Shown: positions 13,778 to 26,093 of the stretch, piece by piece
How positions within the stretch are numbered: position 1 is the first letter of the stretch
How the letters are laid out: each line of letters opens with the position of its first letter
DNA from: Eledone cirrhosa
Taxonomy: Eukaryota
Reading direction: 5' to 3'
Length of the DNA: 64,000 nt
Assembly: GCA_964016885.1 (NCBI GenBank)
Contig: OZ024743.1
Coordinates: 313,596,001 to 313,660,000 of the forward strand
Notes under the pieces: generated by a model
Seen by the model: the letters and a program-made list of their open reading frames with translations, nothing else
What the model was told of the DNA's origin: nothing
Database searches by the model: none
Program-made: the position numbers and the translations under genes

Positions 13778-13985
13778 ATATTTGGGGAGGGTCATATTTG
13801 CGTAATATTGCCAGAATTAATAACAGAACACACTCACTGTTTGGTTGGTTTTCGCTTCTCGCTGTCTTTTATATATATATATATCTGGGATCTAACTTAC
13901 TCGGTCCTCAATGTTGCCATTGACTGACCGGCGGTCAAAAATAATACAGATACAATATAGACACAAACACATATATATAGTTTAC

Positions 13986-14038
13986 ATAATTTACATAAAT
14001 CTTTCGTTGCACATCTGCAACATCGTCAGTGGTGTTAT
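13986..14038 (-). ncRNA. Type I hammerhead motif (family B, left arm)
   Basis: Reverse complement of the motif at 14383-14434. Confidence 0.65.
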
Positions 14039-14382
14039 ATTCATTGTTCCTCCTGTTGTGTTGTATGTCTACGCCATTTTTTTTTTGTTCAGTCTGTCTA
14101 TATATTTATTTATTTATTTGCTTGTTTGTTTATCTTATTTTATTTTGTCTTCTTTGCGCATGCGTTTGCGTGTGTGTATAGTGTTATGTGTGATGTGTGA
14201 CTAGTGTGTATTGTGTATGTGTCACACATCACACATAACACTATACACACACGCAAACGCATGCGCAAAGAAGACAAAATAAAATAAGATAAACAAACAA
14301 GCAAATAAATAAATAAATATATAGACAGACTGAACAAAAAAAATGGCGTAGACATACAACACAACAGGAGGAACAATGAATA

Positions 14383-14434
14383 TAACACCACTGACGATGT
14401 TGCAGATGTGCAACGAAAGATTTATGTAAATTAT
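14383..14434 (+). ncRNA. Type I hammerhead motif (family B, right arm)
   Basis: CTGACGA-T-GTTGCA-GATG-TGCAAC-GAAA-GATT-TA. Stem II is a perfect 6 bp; stem I is weak. Confidence 0.65.
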
Positions 14435-14710
14435 GTAAACTATATATATGTGTTTGTGTCTATATTGTATCTGTATTATTTTTGACCGCCGGTCAGTCAA
14501 TGGCAACATTGAGGACCGAGTAAGTTAGATCGCAGATATATATATATAAAAGACAGCGAGAAGCGAAAACCAACCAAACAGTGAGTGTGTTCTGTTATTA
14601 ATTCTGGCAATATTACGCAAATATGACCCTCCCCAAATATAACAATATCTGTTTCGACACACGATTTCATATAAAAAACCTCGCAAAACTAATATATATA
14701 TATATATATA

Positions 14711-14925
14711 TATTGTTATACTTTGGGAGGGTCATGTTGCCAATAAGAAACACACGCACCAGTTGCTTTCACTTCAATTTAATTTAATATATATTTATAA
14801 ATTTACAAATTTATAAATTTCTGGTTGGTTGGTCGGTTCCGCAACATGACCCTCCCAAAGTATAACAATATCGTTTTCAACACACGATTTCAGATAAAGA
14901 ATCTTGCTAAACAAATTCAGAAACG

Positions 14926-14930
<5 letters not shown>
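14711..14930. mobile_element. Miniature inverted family-A PLE insertion (two pLTR ends only)
   Basis: ATTGTTATACTTTGGGAGGGTCATGTTGC and its reverse complement, plus an extension to CAGAAACGAAAT; embedded in (TA)n. Confidence 0.9.
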
Positions 14931-14996
<66 letters not shown>

Positions 14997-15009
14997 GTAT
15001 GCATATATG

Positions 15010-15078
<69 letters not shown>

Positions 15079-15126
15079 ATATATATGTATTTATGGATAT
15101 ATATGTATTTATATATATATATGTAT

Positions 15127-16215
15127 CAGATAGAAAAATGCGTACACCAAAAAAAAGTAATATTGTTGGAATATAAACGTTTACAAATACAGGACAAGAA
15201 ACTAAAATAAAACTTTAAAAGAATAGGACGAGAAACTAAGATAAAACTTTAAAAGAATAGGACAAGAAACTAAGATAAAACTTTAAAGAATTGGACAAGA
15301 AATAAAAAATGTTACAATAATATTAGTGGCGAATTTTTATTGGTAAAAAATCGAGTTCCACATTCATAGGCTTTGGGTTCCACATTCAGAGGTCGTCGTC
15401 AAACCGGGGGATCATCTGATCCTGGTTTGAACACCAATTGGGCCATAACCATACCCCTATTTCATCATTCGGCGACACGCCTCATGTGTCATGCATAATG
15501 TGAATGGACCCATGGACCCATGAGCACAGATCTCGAGCAGCAGCGGACGGACTTGTCATCCCGCTCATCCTTGATCTTGACCAACCCGTCCATCTTCTCC
15601 TTGCATCTTATCCTTGAGTTCAAGTCCGGCAGTCCAGATGAATGCGTGCCACAGCTTTCTGGTACAGGAAGGGGGAGCAGGAGGACTGGAGGGATGACGG
15701 GACAGAGGGAGGGAGGACCGGTGGTTGAGGGAGGTGCTGTGGTCGGTGGTCAGAGTCGACATCTTGTCCCGGTCGTCTTCTCCATCTTCGTCTGGTGTTG
15801 CGGGACCAGAAGTGAATTCTTGGAGGAGACCTGCAGCTGCATTGGCCAATTCTTCTTGCAATGGTCATTCTGACGGAGCAGAACTGCTCAGCCAACCAAC
15901 CCCAACCAGAACCAACCGCTCAGGGGCAACGCACAATGAGAGCATGACAATTATTATGCACTAATCAAGAAGATAGTGGGGCATAGCACAGGAAACGAAT
16001 AAAAAAATGTTGCCACTAATATTATTGTAACATTTTTTATTTCTTGTCCAATTCTTTAAAGTTTTATCTTAGTTTCTTGTCCTATTCTTTTAAAGTTTTA
16101 TCTTGGTTTCTTGTCCTATTCTTTTAAAGTTTCATTTTAGTTTCTTGTCCTGTATTTTTAAAGGTTTATATTCCAACAATATTACTTTTTTTTGCTGTAC
16201 GCATTTTTCTATCTG
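15127..16215. repeat. About 215-bp inverted repeats with internal 34-bp subrepeats, flanking a GC-rich 650-bp core
   Basis: 15127-15341 is complementary to 15998-16215. The unit AGGACAAGAAACTAAGATAAAACTTTAAAAGAAT occurs about 3.3 times per arm. Confidence 0.85.
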
Positions 16216-16490
16216 GTCTACTATTTTTTAAGGCAATGCTAGCAGCAACTATCTAATAATTAAATGATCATAGTGAATTACTGACAAGTGATTGACATTG
16301 TAAAGTTCTTTTGAGTATAATTGCAATCTAGTTGAGGCAACTGGCTTAATGACAAAGCTAGTAAATCATGAATGCATTTGAGATGATTAGTGCATAATAG
16401 TGAATTGGTGAAACTTGTGCATTTCAATGGTGTTACAACAATAGATGTAAGTTATATAGTAGTAATACTTTATCATTTTAACTTTTTAGA

Positions 16491-16850
16491 ATGGACAAAA
16501 ACCCATGCAAAGAAATGACTTTGACTGCAGTGATTCTCTCCAATTTACTTACAAAGCAAAACGTGGTCAAATACCTTATCATCTCTGATAAAATGCCCAT
16601 TGAATCACTGAAAATCGGATGCATGGAATTCCTCATAAAATGCACCTATGAATCGGAAGCCATCACATATATCAATGGATATAGGAAGTTGTTCACACTG
16701 GAAGATCATCACTTCATTTGTGACTTCATCAGTTATCTCCACGATTATCTCAGACACCCAATGCCATTGATGAGAGGTGATCCAATGTGTGAGCATGTAA
16801 CTAATCTTATAGAAGTTGTTATCGACCACCTGGCTTTTAGTGACATTTGA
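16491..16850 (+). CDS. Orphan 119-aa ORF, probably transposon cargo
   Basis: Protein-like, non-repetitive composition. A 43-nt GTAAGT...TTTTTAG putative intron (16447-16489) ends one base before the ATG. AATAAA near 16927. Confidence 0.4.
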   Translation: MDKNPCKEMTLTAVILSNLLTKQNVVKYLIISDKMPIESLKIGCMEFLIKCTYESEAITYINGYRKLFTLEDHHFICDFISYLHDYLRHPMPLMRGDPMCEHVTNLIEVVIDHLAFSDI

Positions 16851-17021
16851 CTGATAATGATGTATTTTTAAAAAGTATGTGTACATTCTTGTTACTAATT
16901 TAAGGCAATGCAAGCAACAACTATTTAATAAAATTTAAATTTAAAAATGACCATTGTGCATTACTAGTATGATGACATTTTATTAAGTCACAAAATTATT
17001 CAGTCAGCCATAGAACAAGGA

Positions 17022-17660
17022 TCAGGTGGCAAAAACATTGGCAAAAATTTGTGTCAATTTAAGATTTCCAACATTGTTCAAATGAATCATATCTGGTTTG
17101 AAGTCAGATTTGTCAAATTTTGACCAATTTTCAATGTTTTGAAGATTGGGCAAGTTCAATTTTAGAATCATTTCTTTCATGCAGTAATTAAACTTTTCCA
17201 AACGAGAATTTCTCTTGCCCAAGTCATTTTTATGGAATGACACCACTGTAGAAAATGGGTGTACAGTGGTGCTTTTCCGCTATTTTCTGTAGCCTTGCAA
17301 AGAGACTCTTCCCCTGTTTTTCCGGTTTTGTGCCTCGAATGGGCACTTTGTCCTCAATTTACAAATAAATGATTAATAAAAAATACTTGGGCAAAAATTA
17401 TTGTATTACTTTGCACAGCTTTGTAGTGCCAACGGTGCGACGAGGATTCAGATCATTAGAGCCGACATGAACCACCAATACTTTCACAAAAGGACAACAG
17501 ATAACAATGTTGGCGATTAACATTACCTGGCCCTGACGGGCCCCAGGTATACAACATATCTAAGTATTTTTGTTGGTATGATAAGTAAATACATTTGAAT
17601 TAATATTATTATACCTTCTGGTCATTCGATTTCGCCACATTTCTAATTATGGATTTGTAA
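17022..17660 (-). pseudogene. SGNH/GDSL hydrolase-like gene with short introns, decayed
   Basis: Manual translation: SIIRNVAKSNDQK | 55-nt GT-AG intron 17614-17560 | ICCIPGARQGQV...VLVVHVGSNDL | GT at 17409 | ...IFYSGVIP / ...KFNYCMKEM...KPDMIHLNNVGNLKL. These match blocks I (partial), II, III (GxND) and V (DxxH) in order. Confidence 0.75.
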
Positions 17661-18519
17661 AAACTGGCATGAATGTGAATTTGATCAGTCCAATTGCCCG
17701 ATTTTAGTGAAAAGTTTTTATTCGAAATGGAAATACTCCATTTCCGTGCCATGGAAAAAAATGAATAAGCCGATCAAAAAGCCGCGAAACATCATTTTTA
17801 ATTAAGCGAAATTAGTGGATGCAAATCTCAGAAAATATTGTACACTATTCGCACCTATCGCACTATTCGCACCTATCGGTACAAAAATATAGCGCACTAT
17901 TCGCACCTATCGGTACAAAAAATCGCACGACTGTTAATAATACTAGAAGTGCAAACTATCTGTTGAATACCTGGTATATGAAGAGCAACCGATACGATCG
18001 GTCGGCGATCGGTCTTGAAGAAGTATGAAGAATGAAGTGAAATTTTGGTCTGGTTGTTGTCATCGGTGTTTCGCAGAGATGCCGGCACGAACAAAGGTGT
18101 CAGTGACACAAAGTTGTCCGCTTGAACAAAGGTGTCGGTCCGACAAAGGTGTCAGTCAGACAGACAGTCAGACAGTGTCACAGTCGGTGCGACAAAGCGA
18201 TCGATACGATTAAAAAAAATTTAACTCACATGTTTACCTATATTTTCGCAAACTATTGATAGATTGGTACAAAAAATAGCTTTGATAATAAACATAAATT
18301 TTTAACGAAGTATTTAAAAAGCATTTTAGCAGTGAAAAGTGAAGTAATGTTTCACACTGACGCAAGTAAGGCCGTTCAGAAATGACGTAGTCAATTAGGA
18401 GGAGGGGATTCGGCGATTTGACTACATTGGACTAACGTAATCACAATCACAAGAGTTCCGCCGAAAAAAATTCGTCATTTCTGAATTACCTCCCCTAGCG
18501 TCAGCGTTACTATTCACTC

Positions 18520-18750
18520 ACTTGAACACAAGATTTATCAGCAAACTTTGATTATAAACTTTTTCCCGCTGGACCAAATTTCTAGATTTTTAGGTCAAAA
18601 GATGCGTAATGATCTACTGTTCATGCTCATATAAGTTTTATCTCAGTTAAATAAAGTAGAGCCCCGCTGTACTGTCGTAAACAGACGATTGCCAACGGAA
18701 ACACGACCACAACAATATTACTAAACGGACTACCGTCCGTTTAGGATATA
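18520..18750 (-). mobile_element. Probable terminus of a Helentron/DINE-1-like rolling-circle element
   Basis: Perfect hairpin CTAAACGGAC-TACC-GTCCGTTTAG (18721-18744) at the element edge, followed on the minus strand by TATTGTTGTGGTCGTGTTTCCG...CGTCTG. Confidence 0.4.
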
Positions 18751-18968
18751 TGTATATTTCGTTTCTGAGTTTGTTTAGCAAGATTCTTTATCTGAAAACG
18801 TGGTGTTGAAACCGATATTGTTATACTTTGGGAGGGTCATGTTGCCAATAAGAAACACACGCACCAGATGCTTTCACTTCAATTTATTATAATAAATTTA
18901 TAAATTTAGGAATTTATAAATTTCCGGTTGGTTGATTGGTTCCACAACCAGATGATTGTTTATATATT

Positions 18969-19012
18969 GTCAAAGTTCTTTCGTCACACATTCTGTGACC
19001 TCTTCAGTGACT
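18969..19012 (-). ncRNA. Type I hammerhead in family A pLTR
   Basis: GTCA-CTGAAGA-G-GTCACA-GAATG-TGTGAC-GAAA-GAAC-TT-TGAC. Confidence 0.75.
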
Positions 19013-19205
19013 GGGGATTCTTTTCTTTGTTTTTGTGCCTCTCCTTTGTTCTGTCCTACGCCATCTTGTTTTTGTGTGTGTGTTGTGTGCTTAGTTTGCG
19101 CATGTGTTACATCCGGGTGTCTGTGTGTGTTTATATTTGTTTATTTATTTGTTTATTTACATGTTACTGGTTGGTTGTTTGTGCGTGTGTGTTTTCATTT
19201 TGCCC

Positions 19206-19940
19206 TTAATTGTAAGTTGTGTTGTTGCTGTTCCATTCATGTTTTCTATTTAATTTTGGTTGGAGTTCATTTATGTTTGTTGCCTCTGTGATTTGTCTAA
19301 ACATTGCGTCTTTTCTGTGTATAGATTCTATTTTTATTTCTATGTTCTCTAATTTACCCTTATGTTCTATTTTAGCATGTTGGTAGAGTACAGAGGATTC
19401 TTTACTATCTTGAAGGTCTCGCCAGTGTTCATTTATCCGTTCCCCTATACTACGAGCTGTCTCATCTATGTACACTATATTCTTATCTCTACATTGTCCT
19501 TCAGTACATCTTATGCTATATACTACATTTCTAGTTTTATAGTTAATATGGGGGCTTAATTTACTGATTATACATTTCTTATCTATACAGGGAGGTCTTT
19601 GAAAAGGGTATGTATTGCTAATAAGTGTTTTTATGGAGGTACCTGGTCTTTCTACTATCTTAATATTGAGTTTATGTTTATCTAGGGCCCTTCTAAATTT
19701 ATAAGCTAATTCACCTCTAGGGGTTGTATCGATAAACGTTACACTCTGGTATTTATTGCTATCATACCATGAGCTTATTCTATTAATCCTATTCCTAGTT
19801 CTTTCTATTCTATTCCAAAATTTGCTCCGATATAGGGGGCAGGTCCCATTTGTGTCATTATTTACCATGTTTTCCCATTTGGTTCTGGCTGCTCTATATA
19901 CTCTGATTTTATCTCTCTGATTGTAACCAGAGAACTGCAT
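19206..19940 (-). pseudogene. PLE C-terminal/GIY-YIG fragment (inverted arm)
   Basis: NVVYSIRC...VYIDETARSIGERINEH. The listed ORF residues upstream of 19940 are antisense read-through. Confidence 0.9.
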
Positions 19941-19944
19941 TGAA

Positions 19945-21639
19945 ATGTCCCCATATGTATGTGACAGCACGGAAAACCTCCTCAGCAAAATCGGCGAGAG
20001 TAACCGATCTAGGGACCTAACAAACTGCATAATAGGTAGTATGGATGTTGTGTCCCTGTATCCATCTATTGACGTGGATTTTGCTGTGGAGAAATGTGTA
20101 GAAATGATCAGTGAGAGCAATGTTGAATTCGGTGGGATTGATACCAGTGAGCTGGGACTCCTACTTAAACTCACCTATAGTAATAATTACCTAGATACAT
20201 ATGGCCTTAGCAACCTGTGCCCTACAAGACCAGCAAGGGGCAGAAAACCTACCATTACCTCAATGGCCAAGAAAACCCACACAGATAGATGGAACGGGTG
20301 GACCAGAGCCATACGGACCCCCGAAAACCACGATGAACTAAAGAAAATGATTGCACATGCGGTGGGGTCCAGCATAAAATTAACCCTTAAGGAACATATG
20401 TTCAAATTTAATGGAAAAACATATGCCCAAGAGGAGGGAGCAGCCATTGGTGTTAGCATTGCAGGCGACATAGCTAACCTATTCATGGTATGGTGGGACA
20501 GTAGACTTAAACTTAAACTTAAAGAACAATTAGAAGACCCCTTAACCCTGATAATATACTTATACTCCCGCTACGTTGATGATATAAACATCGTAGTAAA
20601 AACACCCCCACTAGAGAACAGTCAGGAATTAGAGAAAAACACAATGGAAAGCTTCCAGAAAATAGCTAACTCCATCCACCAGAGTATTAGAGTTACTATA
20701 GACTACCCAAGCAAACACCCCAACCATCGATTACCTGTACTAGACCCAGAGCTCTGGTTAGATACCATTAATAACAAAAAACAAATCCCCCATTCCCATT
20801 ATGCCAAATCCATGACTTCCAAATATCTGATCCACCGAAACACAGCTGTTTCGGATCATACCAAAATCAACATACTGATTGCGGATTTGGTACGGGTGAT
20901 GAGAAACGTGTCCCGCATGTGCAACCCCAAAGAACTAGAGAGACACATACAACACTTCATCCACCATATGCAGTTCTCTGGTTACAATCAGAGAGATAAA
21001 ATCAGAGTATATGGAGGAGCCAGAACCAAATGGGAAAAAATGGTAAATAATGACACAAATGGGACCTGCCCCTTGTATAGGAGCAAATTTTGGAATAGAA
21101 TAGAAAGAACTAGGAATAAGGTTAATAGAATAAACTCATGGTATGATGACAATAAATACCAGAGTGTAATGTTCATCGATACAACTCCTAGAGGTGAATT
21201 AACTTACAAATTTAGAAGGGCCCTAGATAAACATAAACTCAATATTAAGATAGTAGAAAGACCAGGTACCCCCATAAAAACACTTATTAGCAATACATAC
21301 CCTTTTCAAAGACCTCCCTGTATAGATAAGAAATGTATAATCTGTAAATTAAGCCCCCATATTAACTGTAAAACTAGAAATGTAGTATATAACATAAGAT
21401 GTACTGAAGGACAATGTAGAGATAAGAATATAGTGTACATAGGTGAGACAGCTCGTAGTATAGGGGAACAGATAAATGAACACTGGCGAGACCTTCAAGA
21501 TAGTAAAGAATCATCTGAACTCTACCAACATGCTAAAATAGAACATAAGGGTAAATTAGAGAACATAGAAATAAAAATAGAATCTACACACAGAAAAGAC
21601 GCAATGTTTAGACACATCACATTAACCAAAATTAAATAG
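19945..21639 (+). CDS. PLE reverse transcriptase plus GIY-YIG endonuclease (N-terminally truncated)
   Basis: GSMDVVSLYPSI, QEEGAAIGVSIAGDIANLFM, SRYVDD, CIDKKCIIC, NVVYNIRC, VYIGETARS. Confidence 0.95.
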   Translation: MSPYVCDSTENLLSKIGESNRSRDLTNCIIGSMDVVSLYPSIDVDFAVEKCVEMISESNVEFGGIDTSELGLLLKLTYSNNYLDTYGLSNLCPTRPARGRKPTITSMAKKTHTDRWNGWTRAIRTPENHDELKKMIAHAVGSSIKLTLKEHMFKFNGKTYAQEEGAAIGVSIAGDIANLFMVWWDSRLKLKLKEQLEDPLTLIIYLYSRYVDDINIVVKTPPLENSQELEKNTMESFQKIANSIHQSIRVTIDYPSKHPNHRLPVLDPELWLDTINNKKQIPHSHYAKSMTSKYLIHRNTAVSDHTKINILIADLVRVMRNVSRMCNPKELERHIQHFIHHMQFSGYNQRDKIRVYGGARTKWEKMVNNDTNGTCPLYRSKFWNRIERTRNKVNRINSWYDDNKYQSVMFIDTTPRGELTYKFRRALDKHKLNIKIVERPGTPIKTLISNTYPFQRPPCIDKKCIICKLSPHINCKTRNVVYNIRCTEGQCRDKNIVYIGETARSIGEQINEHWRDLQDSKESSELYQHAKIEHKGKLENIEIKIESTHRKDAMFRHITLTKIK

Positions 21640-21880
21640 AAAACATGAATGGAACAGCAACATCACATCTTACCATTAAGGAGAAAATGAAAACACACAC
21701 GCACATAGAACAAACAACCAACCAGTAACATGTAATTAAACAAATAAATAAACAAATATAAACACACACAGACACCCGGATGTAACACATGCGCAAACTA
21801 AGCACACAACACACACACAAAAACAAGATGGCGTAGGACAGAACAAAGGAGAGGCACAAAAACAAAGAAAAGAATCCCCA

Positions 21881-21923
21881 GTCACTGAAGAGGTTACAGA
21901 ATGTGTGACGAAAGAACTTTGAC
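21881..21923 (+). ncRNA. Type I hammerhead in family A pLTR
   Basis: GTCA-CTGAAGA-G-GTTACA-GAATG-TGTGAC-GAAA-GAAC-TT-TGAC. Confidence 0.75.
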
Positions 21924-22102
21924 AATATATAAACAATCATCTGGTTCTGGAACCAACCAACCACCCGGAAATTTATAAATTCCTAAATTTATAAATTTAT
22001 TATAATAAATTCATTTGAACGCACTGGTGCGTGTGTTTCTTATTGGCAACATGACCCTCCCAAAGTATAACAATATATATGTATACATATATATATACAC
22101 AC

Positions 22103-22199
<97 letters not shown>

Positions 22200-22325
22200 C
22201 ATATATATATATATATAAATATGTATATATATATATATACATGTGTAAATATATATATATGCATATGTATAAATATATATATATATATATGTGTGTGTGT
22301 GTATAGTTATATATACATATACATA

Positions 22326-22427
22326 CAGGGTGTCCCCCCCCCAAAATATATAGACAATTTGTTTACATGTACAGGCAATATTTATTGGAATGCTGTTGAT
22401 ATGTGTATACATTTTTAGGACACCCTG
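22326..22427. mobile_element. Tc1/mariner-type MITE
   Basis: TIRs CAGGGTGTCC and GGACACCCTG, flanked by TA on both sides. Confidence 0.8.
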
Positions 22428-23582
22428 TATATATATATCATTTTATGAATGTTCATATGTTTTCTTGCCTAAACTGCAGGAAGATCCAAAACAAAAATAA
22501 GAAAGAAATGAAAACAAAGTAACTAAAACAGTGAAATTGCTAGTGGATATTCTATACATAATATGAGCTTAGATAACACAGCTTGATGTATGAATCTATT
22601 ATTACTACAATACAGAAAACATATTGAAAAAATTATATATTTGATATATAAAAATAATGTTCGTAAACACTTCTAGGTGTTTAGCGTCGCACTTATTTGA
22701 TTTTTTTTTTCATATGTTAATAGTAAATGAATAGCTGCTAGAAAATATTTTGCCCATGACGTAAATACTTTGATCTTGATATATAGTTATCCCCTTCATT
22801 TTCAGAGATACAATGTCAAAGGAAATTTTCTTAGAATATCGAAGTAATTTTCCTTTCTCTGGTCTTTGACAATGCTAAACAAATAGGTTTTATGGAAAGA
22901 GAAAATACTTTTATATTTTCGTTAATATTGTCACGTTTTTCTTGCTAACATTATAGAATGATTTACAGCGTGTATAATTTAATGAACCCCCAGCCTTGCA
23001 ATTCATATTTAAAGATGATAAATCTATTATAATTCATTCTTCTCCCCGGACTTCAATTTGTAAATATTTCGTTAAACAATCTATATGAATTCCTTTTTTA
23101 TTAATTCATTTTTCCTGTACGTGAGGATTGTAGTTTAGCTATTTAAATTATGTTGACGTTCAGCGTATGACATACCAAATGTGAATAAAATATAAATGTA
23201 TTTTTTAGTTGTGAAATCGTTTAGCTTAGTGGTTAGATTGTTGTTCTCACATTTCGATTCCCGCACCAAGTGCAGTGTTATATTCATGTGTAAGACAGTT
23301 TAGTTCCCGTTATTCCAGTCAACTTAAGTAGTAGAAGGGAGTCCAAAGACAATGGTGTCAAGCTATTTCAGCCTTTATATTTCTGTTCAACAGCATCATA
23401 TGATATATAATGTATATAATTTATTTAGAGTGTATATATGATGTATATCATTCTATTGTTCTATTACCTGTTTCAACCTAATGGCTAAGGTCATATATAT
23501 ATATATAAATATATACATACACGCATCTATATACTACATACACGTGCATACGCGAAAACACCCGTCATGCCTGCATATACAT

Positions 23583-23646
<64 letters not shown>

Positions 23647-23648
<2 letters not shown>

Positions 23649-23900
23649 TAAAATAACAGATTACAGTTTAAGCAAAGAATCGCTGCTTTCACCCTTAACG
23701 GGATCTTCTGAAACTAACAAAGTCAATCTGTAAACGCAGAACTGGATATTTCAAAAAACGTTGCAACCGGAGGAAGACAGGAAGACGATACTTTGGTTCG
23801 TGGTAACGTTCGCTGGCAAAGAACGGGAAAAAACGAATAATACGTCATTAATAGGAGCTGTGAAAAACAATTACGCGCAAAGACAAAACCACGTATATGG

Positions 23901-23905
<5 letters not shown>
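23647..23905 (+). repeat. Unclassified dispersed repeat; a second copy on the minus strand (26026-26093 plus 26773-26972) is split by a CRE-like insert
   Basis: By-eye alignment of both halves, e.g. TTTAAGCAAAGAATCGCTGCTTTCA and AACAATTAC.CGCAAAGACAAAA. Confidence 0.85.
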
Positions 23906-23940
<35 letters not shown>

Positions 23941-24086
23941 TGTTAAAAGTATTGGAGATGCACAGCGAAGGGATGTCAAGTATTTCATGTACTTCGACAT
24001 TTTCATGGTCAGGGGAGTGTGTATATTTCATATATATATATATATATATATAAGTGTTAAAAGTATTGGAGATGCACAGCGAAGGG

Positions 24087-24624
<538 letters not shown>

Positions 24625-24719
24625 ACGTGCATGTATATGCATGCATGACGGGTGTTTTCGCGTATGCACGCGTATGTACGTATATAGATGCGTGTATGTA
24701 TATATTTAATTATTAAGTA

Positions 24720-25620
24720 CTAGCATTAAAGCCCGGCGTTGCTCTGGGTCATTAAGTTACCAAAGTTAGGTTGCACCACCCATTTTATGGCAGCACTTTT
24801 TTGTCTGCCAGGCACTGGATGAATGAATTGCAGACCTGGAAGCAGGAGCTGCGCCAGCAGTGACAATTGTAGTTTCGCCTATGGATATTATCTCTGTGCA
24901 AAAAAGTGTTGAAATTTATTGTTTCACAGTACTTGCGCAACACGCGCGTAGATGATGCCAGCCGAACAACAGAGCTGCGATGGAGTTGTTCTGCATGGTT
25001 GTCTGTGTGTTTTCTAAATTTAAGACAGTAGGGATGGGTGTGATATGGGATAGAGTTAGCTGCTGTTTCTAGCTGGTTTAGTAACCTCATAGAGGATATG
25101 TGTTTTCTAAATTTAAGACAGTAGGGAGTGGTGTGATATGGGGGAGAGTTAGCTGCTGTTTCTAGCAGGTTTAGTGACCTCATAGAAGATATGTTTTCTA
25201 AATTTAAGACAGTAGGGAGGGGTGTGGTATGGGGGAGAGTTAGCTGCTGTTTCTAGCAGGTTTAGTGACCTCATAGAGGATATTATTGTTTATCATTATC
25301 TATAAAAGGCAGATTGTTGTTGTTGAAGTGAGTGTGTGTTTGTATGCGTTTGGAAAAGAGGTTTAAAAAAGATTTATCGCTTGTTGTTGAATAAATGTAT
25401 CTGTTGCTTTTGAATAATTGTCGTTTCGTATGAAATGTAATAATTTGAAGTATAAAAGAGAAAGTAGCAAAATGTGTGGGTTGTAGATAGAGGATATAGC
25501 AGATGATATGAGAGAGTAAAACGGACAGTATCACCATCAAGCTTGGAAAGAGAAAGTAGCAGAAAGTATGAAGTTGTATAGATTTTGAATGGTAGTGGAA
25601 AGAGTTTAGCAGTTTAAATG
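24720..25620 (-). mobile_element. Non-autonomous Helitron (3' end at 24720; 5' end uncertain) with three tandem repeats of about 92 bp at 25005-25283
   Basis: Minus strand reads CCCAGAGCAACGCCGGGCTTTAATGCTAG|T. Repeats contain TTTTCTAAATTTAAGACAGTAGGGA. Confidence 0.65.
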
Positions 25621-26093
25621 ACAGAGAAAAATCGTAAAATATTGAGTTTTATCTATTTTTTGCGTAATTGTGGTTGAAATTGAAAAAATGAGATGTGCCA
25701 AGACGCAATCGAAACTATTTCGAATACTGAATTGTAAATTTCAATTGAAGAAATTCTATATCGTAGATTTCTATAAGAAAGGAGCTTGACCACACACTGA
25801 GCTTTATAGATTATGATTACTTTTATGATTTTAATAACCTCTATCATTTTCGTTCTACTAATTTATTTACATTATTCTTAACTCTGAAGTACCGGTCATG
25901 CACTGGGGTCGATTTAATCGACTTTCCCCTCCCCCACCAAATTACTGGCCTCGTGCCTATATAAGAAACCATTATTCTTAACTCTGAAGACGAGAATCAT
26001 TCGGTTTCTTAATTAGAATACGACTCCATTTAAACCATAAACGTTATTTTGTCTTTGCGTGTAATTGTTCTCATCGCTCCACATAACGACATA

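Larger units (their letters stand above)
13770..14692. mobile_element. ORF-less palindromic pseudo-LTR element (PLE family B, related to family A)
   Basis: Arms 13770-14201 and 14221-14648 are almost perfectly complementary, with a 44-nt one-sided extension. Terminus ATTGTTATATTTGGGGAGGGTCAT resembles the family A end. (TA)n on both sides. Confidence 0.9.
18753..22075. mobile_element. Penelope-like element family A, 5'-truncated with inverted duplication
   Basis: Left arm 18753-19940 (minus: EN plus pLTR) joins right arm 19938-22075 (plus: RT, EN, pLTR) through CAT microhomology. Confidence 0.95.

Noticed and set aside
19941-20174. N-terminal extension of the 322-aa minus-strand ORF
   Set aside because: It is antisense read-through across the inversion junction into the RT gene.
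25984-26020. CTGAAGA-hairpin as a hammerhead
   Set aside because: No GAAA after the putative stem II.
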